Shown here: positions 48,745 to 58,687 of the stretch, in pieces
Layout of the letters: each line of letters begins with the position of its first letter
Position numbering within the stretch: position 1 is the stretch's first letter
From: Patescibacteria group bacterium
Lineage (GTDB): Archaea > Nanobdellota > Nanobdellia > Pacearchaeales > GW2011-AR1
Direction: 5' to 3'
Assembly (NCBI GenBank): GCA_019428815.1
Contig: JAHYJW010000004.1
Span: 1 to 61,873, forward strand
Length of the DNA stretch: 61,873 nucleotides
Program-made: the position numbers and the translations under genes
Notes under the pieces: model-generated
What the model saw: the letters and a program-made list of their open reading frames with translations, nothing else
What the model was told of the DNA's origin: nothing
Database searches by the model: none

Positions 48745-51700
48745 TTAGATTATTTCTGTATAAAAAACAACACTTTTTTTCCCATTACCTCCATATTCTC
48801 TTAAACTCGCGGGGATTCGCATTTCATAATCATAGGTTCCGTAGGTCCCTTCTTGTTGAAGGTTGATTTCAGTTACAAAAACAACATCTTCTTTATCTAA
48901 CCCCCCAAAAGATCCATCGGTGTCTTTAGAATAATCCCATAAAATTCCAGTAAGAAAATTACTACTATTAATAGAAATAGTTATAGGAATATTAAGAATT
49001 TCATTATTGAATACTAACAATGTCGTGGTATTTTTAACCTCTCCCTCTTCTAAATAAAGCTCTGAAATCGAATCCTGAAAATTAGACATATTCAAAAATT
49101 CATCTAGTTTAGAAAAATCCAAAGAAGAAACTCCCCCAGAAACATTTCTTCCTAAAGCTTGAAGATTAAACCAATAAATTAGGGAATCAACATTTGTTGC
49201 ATAAATGTTGCCCCCCTCGTTATTAGTCGCAAACCACCTAATAATCTTTGAACCATTTTGATTTTCTAATTCAAAAGTACTCTCAGAGGTTAGTTCTCCA
49301 TAAAAAAAATGCCAACTACCAACAGTAATTGATTTATTTGCAATGTTGTTTTCTTTTGTCACCTCTTCTATTTCACCGTCCGGATCAATAACCACAAATA
49401 AATTTGAAGTTCCCATAATGGCATTCCACAAAATAGAAAGGGTATAGTTTTCTAAAGCCCCAAAGGGAGCTATGAATAAATCTTCACCAAGCTGAACTCC
49501 GTCTATTTGAGGATCTCCTAAAAAAAATCTGACAGTTACATTTGGTACAGTAACGTTAACTAAGTTATAAAGAACGGCACTTAAATTAACAGTTTCGTTT
49601 TCAACAGGGGAATTAGTATCAAAGGTTATTTCTTCTGAACTTACAAAAAGGTCTGGTAAAGTAACATTAAACATCCTTGTTTCTGACCATTCAAAATTTC
49701 CAGCCTGATCCAAACATGTAACATTCCAAAGATGTTCTCCTAAAGAATAATTTCCAAGAATAACCTCTATAGAAGTCCCATTTTCTAGATTTATCTCTGA
49801 GGCATTTAGAATATTATCTACATAGAGTCTACATCTCAAATTTGGAGAAAAGTTGTCTTGAGCACTAAAATTAAAAAATACTGTTCTCAGGGTATTAGTC
49901 TGATTTAAAGGGTAATTTAAAGAAACAATTGGGGGAGTTAAGTCGATAGTAAAATTAAAAGGTTCTGGTGAGAAGGTATTAAAATCTGGGAAAACATCAG
50001 TACATAAAACAGTCCAATTATGCATTCCCTCTAAAATTCCTTCCACAATAAAAGAGTTATTAATATTTGCAACCAACTCTGGAGAAGAAATTGTTTTATT
50101 AAATCCACCATCTAAATAAAGGGAACAACTCGAAAGACCAATTGCATCTTCTGGAAGATAAATAAATTCAATGGTAGAAGAATTTAAATGTCCGTAATTA
50201 ACAGGTTCAAAAAGAGTTACTTTCGGGGGGGCGTAGATAGTAAAATTTCTTTCCCCACTTAGATTTTGGTTCTTCGCCATATCTCTACATCTTACCTGCC
50301 AAGTGTAGTTTCCATCTGATCTTGAAACATTTAATTGATTCAGGCTTCCGTTGGTTATACTTAAATTTTCATAAATTGGGATTTCATTTAATAAAAAATC
50401 ACAACTTAATGGAAAATCCATGTTATCTATTACTCTAAATTGAAAATTAATTTCGTTCCAATCGAGAGTTTCATTTTTTTCGGGGGATATTAAACTAATT
50501 TCTGGGGGTGCAGTATCTATAGTAAATACCCAAGTTTCTGTATGCCCTTCTAAGTCGGTTTTATCTTTAACTGAAACAAACCAAGAGTAGGTTCCATCTT
50601 CTAAGGTGACTGTAAAATTATTCTCTGCGTCGTTTTCAACAAAGGTTTGATTTGTCATATAAGGTTCACCATTAATCAAAAGCGTTGCATTAGATATATC
50701 GTCATTGTCATCAATCACAAAATAAGTAAGGTTTAGTGTAGAAGAATTATGAAAGGAATTATTTGGAGGAGAAATCAGTTCTACAAGGGGTGCAAAAGAC
50801 AGTATAAAGAATCTTGTTTCTGAAACCTGATAGTTCCCTGCAGGATCTTGACATGTAACATTCCAGTTTTTATTTCCTCCTTCTTCAAAATAAACTTCTC
50901 GGGAAGTAAGTGTTGCATTTGTTGCATTAAAAGAATCAACGACAATGCCATTTACATTTATATCACAAAAAAGATTTTCTGCGAGGTTATCTGTGACTGT
51001 ATAATTAAATTCTACTGTTGAAGAGAAAATATTTTCTTGATCTTCTGGAGAATTAAGGGTTATATTAGGTGACAAAGTATCTACATAAAATTTTCTTTGA
51101 GAAGCAGTTCCCACTAAACCCTGACTATCTGTAACATTAACAGTCCAGTTGTAAATTCCATCACTTAAATTTAAAGTAAAATTATTTATCTCCCCGATGG
51201 TTACAGGAGTTTGGTTTGTCATATAAATTTCCCCATTAATAATTAAAGTAGAATTAACAACTAAATTACTTGAATTATTAACTTGATATTCCAAAAAAAA
51301 TGTTGAGGTATTAAACCAAGTATTATTGGGGGTTATAAGAGTTACATAAGGGGGCATTTCTTCTTCAGTTATTGTAACCTTTCTTGTTGTTTCTCCTATT
51401 TCCAAATCAAAAAGAGAATTTGCAACACATCTTAGATTATTAACAGAGGCTAAGTTACCTCTTAAAGTGAAATTAGTATTTATTAATTCTTGACCAATAT
51501 CCCCTAAATTATGAGGATTTGTTTCTCCTTGTGCTAAAATAAGATTTCCCGAAGAAGAAATATTCTGCCACCCTTGCTGTGAGGTGTTATACTGAAGATA
51601 AACATTAGTCTCAGAACAAAAACCAATAGTACATGAAACTGAACAAGTTGCATTAAACTCTTCACTAGTTGAGATATTAATATCTTCTACAGGATAAATT

Positions 51701-54700
51701 AAATCTGTTTCCAAAAATCCTTCGGTGGTGATATTCAAATCAACCCCAGAATCTGGATCAAAGGGATTATCCCAAATATGGATTAAAGTGGTCTCTCTAC
51801 TAGGATTTCCGTCGGCATTGTAAGCATTTACAAGAAGCATTAAACGATCTTCAGGATTTAAATAAAGGTCTTCGGTTATACAATCTGAAACAGTTTCAGA
51901 AGTATATGCAGAAACAATTTTTCCGCCTGTTCCGTCGTTACCATAAGAACAAATCAGGGTATCTTCGGAAGAGTTAGTTACATAAAGTTTCCAAGTTAAT
52001 CTATATCTATCTATATTAGCTGTGTTTTGGAAAAGAGAGTGAAATGTTACAGGGCTACTTGCATGTATAATCGCACCATTATGGCCCATGTAATAAGAAG
52101 TAGCTTTAACAAGATTAAGAAGTGTCCCGGAATAAGAACTAAAACTTGCAGAATTTGAAGTACCATCTTTAGCACCACTAAGAATTATTTCAGCAAGGGT
52201 ATTTCCCGTAAAATTTTGAGTAAATGTTTCATAAAAAGTTTGGGGAATCATTTCCCGCGAGATATTTATATTAACTATCCAACTCTCGCTCCAACCTATC
52301 AAACCTCCAGCATCAGTACAAGAAACACTCCAGTTATAGGTTCCATTTGAAGCGTAAAGATCAAAGAACAAGGGAGTATCTTTAAAGATTATATAATCTG
52401 TTTGTTTAAGTTCGTCATTTAAGTAAATAGAACAATTTTGAATTGGAGATTCATCTGAAACGTTATATTGAAAAGTTAAGTTGAAATCATTAGTAATTGT
52501 AGATCCATTAGACGGAGAGATTAAATTAACAACTGGCTCTGTAGTATCAAAAGAAAAAGTTCGGTTTGAAAAAGAAAATTCACATCCATTAAAATCGTCA
52601 CAACATTGTATATTCCACAAGTAATTTCCCTGTTGAGAATAAGTTTTATTAAAATAGTTATATTCCCCATTTAGGATTAAGGTTTGATTGGTTTTATTCA
52701 TATGCCAATTTCCTGTAGAATTATCCCAAAGACTACAATTTAGAAAGTTGTCTGAAGAAAGAGGAGTATAATTAAAGATAACATCATAAGAATTTAAAAT
52801 TGCTTGATGAAATGGGGAATTTAAGGTCACAGAAAGATTCCCTAATTCCGGTACTTCATAACTCACATTAAAGAATAAAACGTCAAAAGACCAGGTTCTT
52901 GTTTGCCTGTTATTTGCACTATAAGCTTGAGTTCTTGCCATCGCTCTGGCTCCTGTTGATCCAAAAAAATTAGAACACTGCCAATTAAAATCAGATGTTA
53001 CGTTAATACATTCAAATGAGGTGGGTTCAGAGACATAACAACTTGCAAGAGTATTGCTCGACCAGGTTGTTCCACTATCATTACTAACATCTACATAACA
53101 AGTACTCTCTCCGTCCGGAGCTCCCCAGAACTTATAACAAATTTCAACACTGGTAATGGTTTCACAATCTGTAATCCCGGAATTATAAGAGGCTATTTTT
53201 ATTCCCCCATATTCTCGCGTATTACCAAAACGATAAGATTGGGCGGTTTCGTAATTTGAATCATCACAGCTTACTCTATCCCCTGAAGAAGAACATGAAG
53301 AAGGATAAAATCCCTCACAGTTTAAATCAAAGGTATCCCTATTACCTTGTAAACTCTGTCGTGAACATTCTTGAGCTCTAAGTTCAACGCTTCCCCCAGG
53401 ATATGCGAGAGGGTCAACTATGTAATCAAATTCTAAGGTACCCCCTATAATCTTTAAATCAAAACCATCTTGACTAGAGTCTAAACCAAATAAATAAATT
53501 GAATTTGGGCTATGCTCAGAGATCTCGGTTATCTCTCCTACGATATCTTCCCCACCTAATTCATAAACCTTAATTTGAGGATCTCCAGAGATTATCCTTG
53601 GATAAAATTTAATGTAATTCAAAAAAGATAAATTTTGTTCAAAGATAACTCTCACATATTCTCCATCATTTATGGGGGGGCTCCAGATACCATCTAAGTT
53701 TTTAACTTCCTCATAGATATTTGAAATAAAATTTTTTTCTGAATCTAAATGTTCAGCACTAGCAACCTCAATTATAATCTCAAAGGTTTGGGTTGATAAT
53801 TGTGGGATAACCCATTCAAGATAATCGTAGAACCCGTCCCCATCTTTATCTTGCAAATTAAAACTATCAATAAAAGAATCTTCTTCAACCCAGAAGATTT
53901 TTATTCTAGAGGGATCCCTAATCTTAAAAGAATTTTCTAAAGAGGTAAAAACTAAAACATCTTCGTATAAAGTACTACTTGGACTAGTTGCAGTAATCAT
54001 CTTACCATTAGGAATTTTCTTTTCTTTAGAATAGGGGGCGGGAGTCTCATAAGTGATCCAATATTCTGCGCTAAGATTATCTACATCAAAGGTTACTTGG
54101 ATTTTTTTATTTTCAGAAAAATTTTTCTCTCCTAAAATGTTTAGCCAAGAAAAAAGGTTTTTTATAAAATTTTTTTCTCCTTCAGGGGAGATTACTTCTT
54201 CTTTCATATAAATCTCAAGTTCTTCAGTTTGATTATACAAAATCTTATTTACAAGAATCTTGTCAGATTCTAGGGGGATAAAAAAAGAGAAATTTCCTAA
54301 AAAACTAGGAAACACCTCCTCATTCCAGGATACCGGCTCATCTAGTTTAGTTTTATAATCTAAGGGAGAATTCTGTTCTAAGATAAGGTTACAGGAATTG
54401 TTACAACCTCCTGTTAAAAAAGAACTTTCTTCTTCAATTATTTTTTCCCTAACAGAAAGATACAAATCTTCTCTGCCTTTAGAAGTTTGTAAAGTGAGGG
54501 TATAATTACCTATTTCATTTAAAGGAAAAATAAGAATCTCACTTGAACCTTCTTTTAGATAAGTTGAAGAGGGGGTTTTAACTCTTAAGATAAAATCACC
54601 CTGATCTCTTAAATCTAAACGAAAAAAATCATCAAGATTATAATAAAGGACTGAACCTGCTGAAAAAATCGAAAGATTATTTAAAAGAATTATAAAACAG

Positions 54701-54759
54701 AATAAAAAAAAGACAGATAATGCTAATATCCCCCGTTTGATTAACCTCTTTTTATTCAT
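48745..54759 (-). CDS. Giant surface protein/adhesin (2004 aa): Ig-like repeats, CARDB-like domain, shared C-terminal domain
   Basis: Signal/TM; repeated P-V-L-I-S-P...Y-x-W-x-V-x-C-x-D modules; PDLFVS...VVIDPDGEIEE...NN; ends YDYEMRIP...VVFYTEII. Confidence 0.85.
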   Translation of the reverse strand: MNKKRLIKRGILALSVFFLFCFIILLNNLSIFSAGSVLYYNLDDFFRLDLRDQGDFILRVKTPSSTYLKEGSSEILIFPLNEIGNYTLTLQTSKGREDLYLSVREKIIEEESSFLTGGCNNSCNLILEQNSPLDYKTKLDEPVSWNEEVFPSFLGNFSFFIPLESDKILVNKILYNQTEELEIYMKEEVISPEGEKNFIKNLFSWLNILGEKNFSENKKIQVTFDVDNLSAEYWITYETPAPYSKEKKIPNGKMITATSPSSTLYEDVLVFTSLENSFKIRDPSRIKIFWVEEDSFIDSFNLQDKDGDGFYDYLEWVIPQLSTQTFEIIIEVASAEHLDSEKNFISNIYEEVKNLDGIWSPPINDGEYVRVIFEQNLSFLNYIKFYPRIISGDPQIKVYELGGEDIVGEITEISEHSPNSIYLFGLDSSQDGFDLKIIGGTLEFDYIVDPLAYPGGSVELRAQECSRQSLQGNRDTFDLNCEGFYPSSCSSSGDRVSCDDSNYETAQSYRFGNTREYGGIKIASYNSGITDCETITSVEICYKFWGAPDGESTCYVDVSNDSGTTWSSNTLASCYVSEPTSFECINVTSDFNWQCSNFFGSTGARAMARTQAYSANNRQTRTWSFDVLFFNVSYEVPELGNLSVTLNSPFHQAILNSYDVIFNYTPLSSDNFLNCSLWDNSTGNWHMNKTNQTLILNGEYNYFNKTYSQQGNYLWNIQCCDDFNGCEFSFSNRTFSFDTTEPVVNLISPSNGSTITNDFNLTFQYNVSDESPIQNCSIYLNDELKQTDYIIFKDTPLFFDLYASNGTYNWSVSCTDAGGLIGWSESWIVNINISREMIPQTFYETFTQNFTGNTLAEIILSGAKDGTSNSASFSSYSGTLLNLVKATSYYMGHNGAIIHASSPVTFHSLFQNTANIDRYRLTWKLYVTNSSEDTLICSYGNDGTGGKIVSAYTSETVSDCITEDLYLNPEDRLMLLVNAYNADGNPSRETTLIHIWDNPFDPDSGVDLNITTEGFLETDLIYPVEDINISTSEEFNATCSVSCTIGFCSETNVYLQYNTSQQGWQNISSSGNLILAQGETNPHNLGDIGQELINTNFTLRGNLASVNNLRCVANSLFDLEIGETTRKVTITEEEMPPYVTLITPNNTWFNTSTFFLEYQVNNSSNLVVNSTLIINGEIYMTNQTPVTIGEINNFTLNLSDGIYNWTVNVTDSQGLVGTASQRKFYVDTLSPNITLNSPEDQENIFSSTVEFNYTVTDNLAENLFCDINVNGIVVDSFNATNATLTSREVYFEEGGNKNWNVTCQDPAGNYQVSETRFFILSFAPLVELISPPNNSFHNSSTLNLTYFVIDDNDDISNATLLINGEPYMTNQTFVENDAENNFTVTLEDGTYSWFVSVKDKTDLEGHTETWVFTIDTAPPEISLISPEKNETLDWNEINFQFRVIDNMDFPLSCDFLLNEIPIYENLSITNGSLNQLNVSRSDGNYTWQVRCRDMAKNQNLSGERNFTIYAPPKVTLFEPVNYGHLNSSTIEFIYLPEDAIGLSSCSLYLDGGFNKTISSPELVANINNSFIVEGILEGMHNWTVLCTDVFPDFNTFSPEPFNFTIDLTPPIVSLNYPLNQTNTLRTVFFNFSAQDNFSPNLRCRLYVDNILNASEINLENGTSIEVILGNYSLGEHLWNVTCLDQAGNFEWSETRMFNVTLPDLFVSSEEITFDTNSPVENETVNLSAVLYNLVNVTVPNVTVRFFLGDPQIDGVQLGEDLFIAPFGALENYTLSILWNAIMGTSNLFVVIDPDGEIEEVTKENNIANKSITVGSWHFFYGELTSESTFELENQNGSKIIRWFATNNEGGNIYATNVDSLIYWFNLQALGRNVSGGVSSLDFSKLDEFLNMSNFQDSISELYLEEGEVKNTTTLLVFNNEILNIPITISINSSNFLTGILWDYSKDTDGSFGGLDKEDVVFVTEINLQQEGTYGTYDYEMRIPASLREYGGNGKKSVVFYTEII

Positions 54760-54895
54760 TTTTGTATTTTTAATCTGATAATTCCATTTAATTAAATTTA
54801 TTCTTTAAATTGCCCTATTTTTTTGAAATTCAAAGGTTTATGAAACATCCCCTCTTAAAATATCCCCCAAATATTCAAGATTTTAACAACAGATT

Positions 54896-56992
54896 TTAAG
54901 AGTCTTTTAGGAACTTATGTAAATCCTCTAAAGTTCCATATACTTTCTTTTTTGATGAGTATGGAAGAGATTTATATTTCTCTGATATTTCAAGATAAGT
55001 TTTTTCTGATTCTTCCTTTTTTCCTTTAGAAGAAAAAGATCTTGCTTCATTTGATTTTTGAATAATCTCTTCAACTAACTTAAGAGACCGATTTCTCAAT
55101 TTAATAAATCCTAAATAGAAAACTGCGATTAAAATCAAAAGGACTACTAATGAAACCCCCATAGAAATTTCATCTAAATCTTCTAGTACTAAAAACCCGG
55201 TTATTCCGGTTCCAGATGTTTTAGTTTCAGGAGGAAGGTAAACAATCCCAAATAAAATTTCTTCTAAAGAATCTAATTCTACTTCTTTTTCTATAAAGTA
55301 ACTTATTTCCTTAGTATCTGCAGAAAAAGAAATAACCAATTCTTTAATAGTTTGATAATTTTTATTTTTAATAGACAATTCGGAGATACTTTCAACAACA
55401 CCCCTTGGGAGAACTTCTAAAAAGATAAAACTATCAGTTTTATTTAAGGTTCCTCCAATTTCTCTAATTAAGAGAAATACGTCTTTATCTACGCCCCCCA
55501 TTTGTTGAATATTTATATTAATAGCTCTTGTTTTTACAGAGATTCCTCTTTCTGTTATTATTGCACTAGACTTTCTAATCATCCTGCTATCAAAATTATC
55601 AAGAGCATAGGGAATTATCTCTAGGTATAATCTCTCAATAGTTTCTTCACTAAAAACTTCATCAATTACTCTTTCTTCTTGAATAAAGATATTTTCAGGG
55701 AAATTTTTTCTAAGATTAGCTAATTTAATCCTAGAAGAACTTAACTTATTTTCTAATTCATTCTCATTTAGATTTTGAGTTTTGAATAATTCTATTTCAT
55801 TTTTAATAGAGTTCATATTTGAAAAAGTCCTATCAATTTCTTGGAAGATACCTAATCTCTCAACAATCTCCTTTTTTTCATTTTCAGAATTTTTAAAAGA
55901 AGACTCTATACTTTTCATCTCTGAATAAATGTTTTCTAATTCAATGAGAAGACTTTCTACACGGGGAATTAAAGAAAGAGAAAGGCCTCCTTCGTTAGGA
56001 TTAATGTCTTCTCTTAAAACAGTTACCTCAATTGTTCTAGAAAGATCCCCTATATTTCCTGCATCGTCGACAGCGGAAATTTTATAATAATAAGTTTTAC
56101 CTTTTTCGACAAAGGCATCTAAAAAAGATTTTTTTTCAACAAATCTATAAAAATCGGATTTATCTAATGTAGGGGATTCAGACCTATAAATATTAAATCC
56201 TAAGACGTCTTCTTCTAAATACCACTCCAAAAAAGCTTCGCCTTTTCTTCCTTCGCTTCTAATACTCTGAATAGTGGAAGGCTTTAAAGTATCAATAAGA
56301 AAAACATTTCCAGAGGATATTTTAGTTCCAATTCTTCCCTCTAAGTCTGTTCCTTTAAAAGAAAAAGAACCAACAGCATTGCCCAAATTTCCTGGGATAA
56401 TTAGATAACTAAACCAATTTTGACCAGAGCCAGAAAAAGGAAGAGGGATATAATCGACCCCATTAAAAGAGTATTTGATTTCAGGAACTTCTGAAAGTGA
56501 ACGAGAGGTAGTTAACATTACTTTATAACTCCCCCCCTTCAAAGGCGGGGTTTCTAAAAAAGAGATTCTTGCAGAAACTAAAGGATTAACATAAAAATTT
56601 AATTCTAATTCTGGACTAAAACTGTTTTCATTATCATAAGCACAAATAACATAAAGAGAAAAAATGCCCTGATCTAATCCAAAAAAAGACTTTTCGTGTA
56701 AAAGTCCGTAATTTTCAAAGTTGCCCTCCATTGAGTTGTAATTTTTTCCAGAAGAAGAGTCATATTTGCAAAGGGATTCTTCATTTGTTAAGATTCTTAT
56801 CATCGCATTATTCCATTTCCATCCTCCAAGAGGAATTGAACTTCCAAAATCGTAGGCAAGCGGATCCTCTAGAGAAACATTAAAACTATACTCTAAAACA
56901 GGAGGAGATGATGCAAAAAGATTTTGTGATAAAAAAAGGATTATAAAAAACGAAAGAAATGCCTTAAGTAAAATACGAGATTTATTTTTCAT
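54896..56992 (-). CDS. Membrane-anchored Ig/FN3 + coiled-coil surface protein
   Basis: Signal peptide; FN3 (FNIYRS...TYYYKISAVD); helical stalk; ITG + TM + cytoplasmic tail. Confidence 0.8.
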   Translation of the reverse strand: MKNKSRILLKAFLSFFIILFLSQNLFASSPPVLEYSFNVSLEDPLAYDFGSSIPLGGWKWNNAMIRILTNEESLCKYDSSSGKNYNSMEGNFENYGLLHEKSFFGLDQGIFSLYVICAYDNENSFSPELELNFYVNPLVSARISFLETPPLKGGSYKVMLTTSRSLSEVPEIKYSFNGVDYIPLPFSGSGQNWFSYLIIPGNLGNAVGSFSFKGTDLEGRIGTKISSGNVFLIDTLKPSTIQSIRSEGRKGEAFLEWYLEEDVLGFNIYRSESPTLDKSDFYRFVEKKSFLDAFVEKGKTYYYKISAVDDAGNIGDLSRTIEVTVLREDINPNEGGLSLSLIPRVESLLIELENIYSEMKSIESSFKNSENEKKEIVERLGIFQEIDRTFSNMNSIKNEIELFKTQNLNENELENKLSSSRIKLANLRKNFPENIFIQEERVIDEVFSEETIERLYLEIIPYALDNFDSRMIRKSSAIITERGISVKTRAININIQQMGGVDKDVFLLIREIGGTLNKTDSFIFLEVLPRGVVESISELSIKNKNYQTIKELVISFSADTKEISYFIEKEVELDSLEEILFGIVYLPPETKTSGTGITGFLVLEDLDEISMGVSLVVLLILIAVFYLGFIKLRNRSLKLVEEIIQKSNEARSFSSKGKKEESEKTYLEISEKYKSLPYSSKKKVYGTLEDLHKFLKDS

Positions 56993-58196
56993 GTTTCTTT
57001 AATAAAAATTCAAATTTTTTTAGGTACCTCCTTTTTTCTTTTCGGATACTATAAATTAAAAAGATTAAGGTAAGTATTGCGATTCCATAAATAAAGAGGG
57101 TTAAAAATGCGGGATCAACTCCCCTTTTTTCAACATTCATGATCGCCGCAGATTCAAAGGTCTTTTTTTTATCATAAAAAACCCTCCCCGTAATTATGTG
57201 TCTGCCTGGATCTTCGGGAGTAAAGAAAAAAGTAAAGTTCTCAGTTCCACTTTCGGGGACGATGATTTCCTCGCTTTCTAGAAGCCTAATTATTCTTCCT
57301 CCGAGAGATATTTCACCCTTGAATCTAGCTACTACATTTTTTTCTCCGATATTTTCAAATTCTATTTCAATTGGGACTGTCTCTCTCACTTCTGTCCAAA
57401 GTGTAGTATAAATTCCTTTTATAATCCCCTTTGCTCTTAACTCTCCAGGCTCAAGAATATCAAATGTTAAGAAATCGGAGGCTAAACATTCAATTACTGA
57501 AAATTCTGCCCAATATTGCATCTTATCGAGATAACGACTGGGAAATTTAAAAGATAATTTTTTTTCTTGTGTAGGAGTGATCTCTTCCCCCCGAATAGAT
57601 GATGTATCAATCAAGTTTAACATTTCATTATCCCATATCTCGATTTCTACTAAAGGTTTAAGGCGAATATTTCCTTTATTCAAAACATCAACACTAAAAA
57701 CAATGTCGTCCCCTTGTTCAACAGATTCTACATAAAAATTTCTTGCTCGACAATCAACATATTCAATGTCTGTTACTTCTACAAGGATAGCAACATCAAG
57801 AACAGTTTTAACAAAGCCTGTTGCCATTCCGTCTTCAGTAGGGCTGTCAATAGCATCTACAAAAAGTCTAAGATATCCGGTATAATTTCCGTTAGGCATG
57901 TCTTCTGGAGGAGAAACAGAAACAGTGATCAATTGAGAATTCTCTTTGGAAATCTCAAATTCTGATTGAGAAAAATTAAGCCAACTTGAAATCTGGCCTC
58001 GGGGTTCTAAAGAAACCATTACTAATTCATCAGAACCAAAAGTAACCCGTATATTCCTTTCAGCATATCCCCCCCTTAAGACTCTTTCATAATTTAAATT
58101 TCCGGGACTAACCCCCAAGATAGCTGCACTTGTAGTTTCTACTAAAATAATCAGTATCAAAAAACTAAATAAAATTCTAATTTTCATTTTTTTCAT
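56982..58196 (-). CDS. C-terminally anchored tandem Ig protein, DUF916/DUF3324- or PapD-like
   Basis: Signal peptide, LGVSPG, VSVSPPEDMPNGNYTG, LNKGNI, FENIGE, TM + basic tail. Confidence 0.7.
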   Translation of the reverse strand: MKKMKIRILFSFLILIILVETTSAAILGVSPGNLNYERVLRGGYAERNIRVTFGSDELVMVSLEPRGQISSWLNFSQSEFEISKENSQLITVSVSPPEDMPNGNYTGYLRLFVDAIDSPTEDGMATGFVKTVLDVAILVEVTDIEYVDCRARNFYVESVEQGDDIVFSVDVLNKGNIRLKPLVEIEIWDNEMLNLIDTSSIRGEEITPTQEKKLSFKFPSRYLDKMQYWAEFSVIECLASDFLTFDILEPGELRAKGIIKGIYTTLWTEVRETVPIEIEFENIGEKNVVARFKGEISLGGRIIRLLESEEIIVPESGTENFTFFFTPEDPGRHIITGRVFYDKKKTFESAAIMNVEKRGVDPAFLTLFIYGIAILTLIFLIYSIRKEKRRYLKKFEFLLKKHEK

Positions 58197-58359
58197 TATT
58201 TTTTTTGTCTAATATCCAGTAAATAACAATATTCCTGATTATCTCAGCCTTAGTATTTCCCAGAATTCCTTTATACTTCTCTATTTGTCCAATTTGATGA
58301 GAACTAAATGTTACGGGGATTTTTTCTTTCTTAGACACTTTTGGGGAACCTTTAGACAT
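58177..58359 (-). CDS. Ribbon-helix-helix (CopG-like) regulator
   Basis: IPVTFS beta-strand, two helices with GNTKAEIIRNIV; first gene of the operon. Confidence 0.75.
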   Translation of the reverse strand: MSKGSPKVSKKEKIPVTFSSHQIGQIEKYKGILGNTKAEIIRNIVIYWILDKKNNEKNEN

Positions 58360-58365
58360 CTTTAT

Positions 58366-58408
58366 GTTTACTTTTTAACCTCTTTTAATATTCTTTAAGT
58401 TTACTTTT
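58366..58408 (-). promoter_or_regulatory. Direct repeat AAAAGTAAAC x2, possible RHH operator
   Basis: GTTTACTTTT at 58366-58375 and 58399-58408, 33 bp apart, just upstream of the RHH start. Confidence 0.35.
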
Positions 58409-58687
58409 CAGGAATCTTTTTTATTTAAACCTTTCTAATAAAAAAAGAATAGGCCTAAAATAGCAGATAGATTAAGTTTGCCTAACAATTAGCCTACTGA
58501 AGATTATTTATTCAAATTTTCTTTTATTATACTAAAGGTTATTAGACTTGACATTGTAATTTAAAGAAGTTTCTGAAGCAAAATGAAAGAGTTGTATTTT
58601 TCTAAATCAGAAATTTATTAATTTCGTTCAATAAAGGATGATTGTATATAAAAAAGATATAAATAGCTTAAATATTTATTAGAGAAT

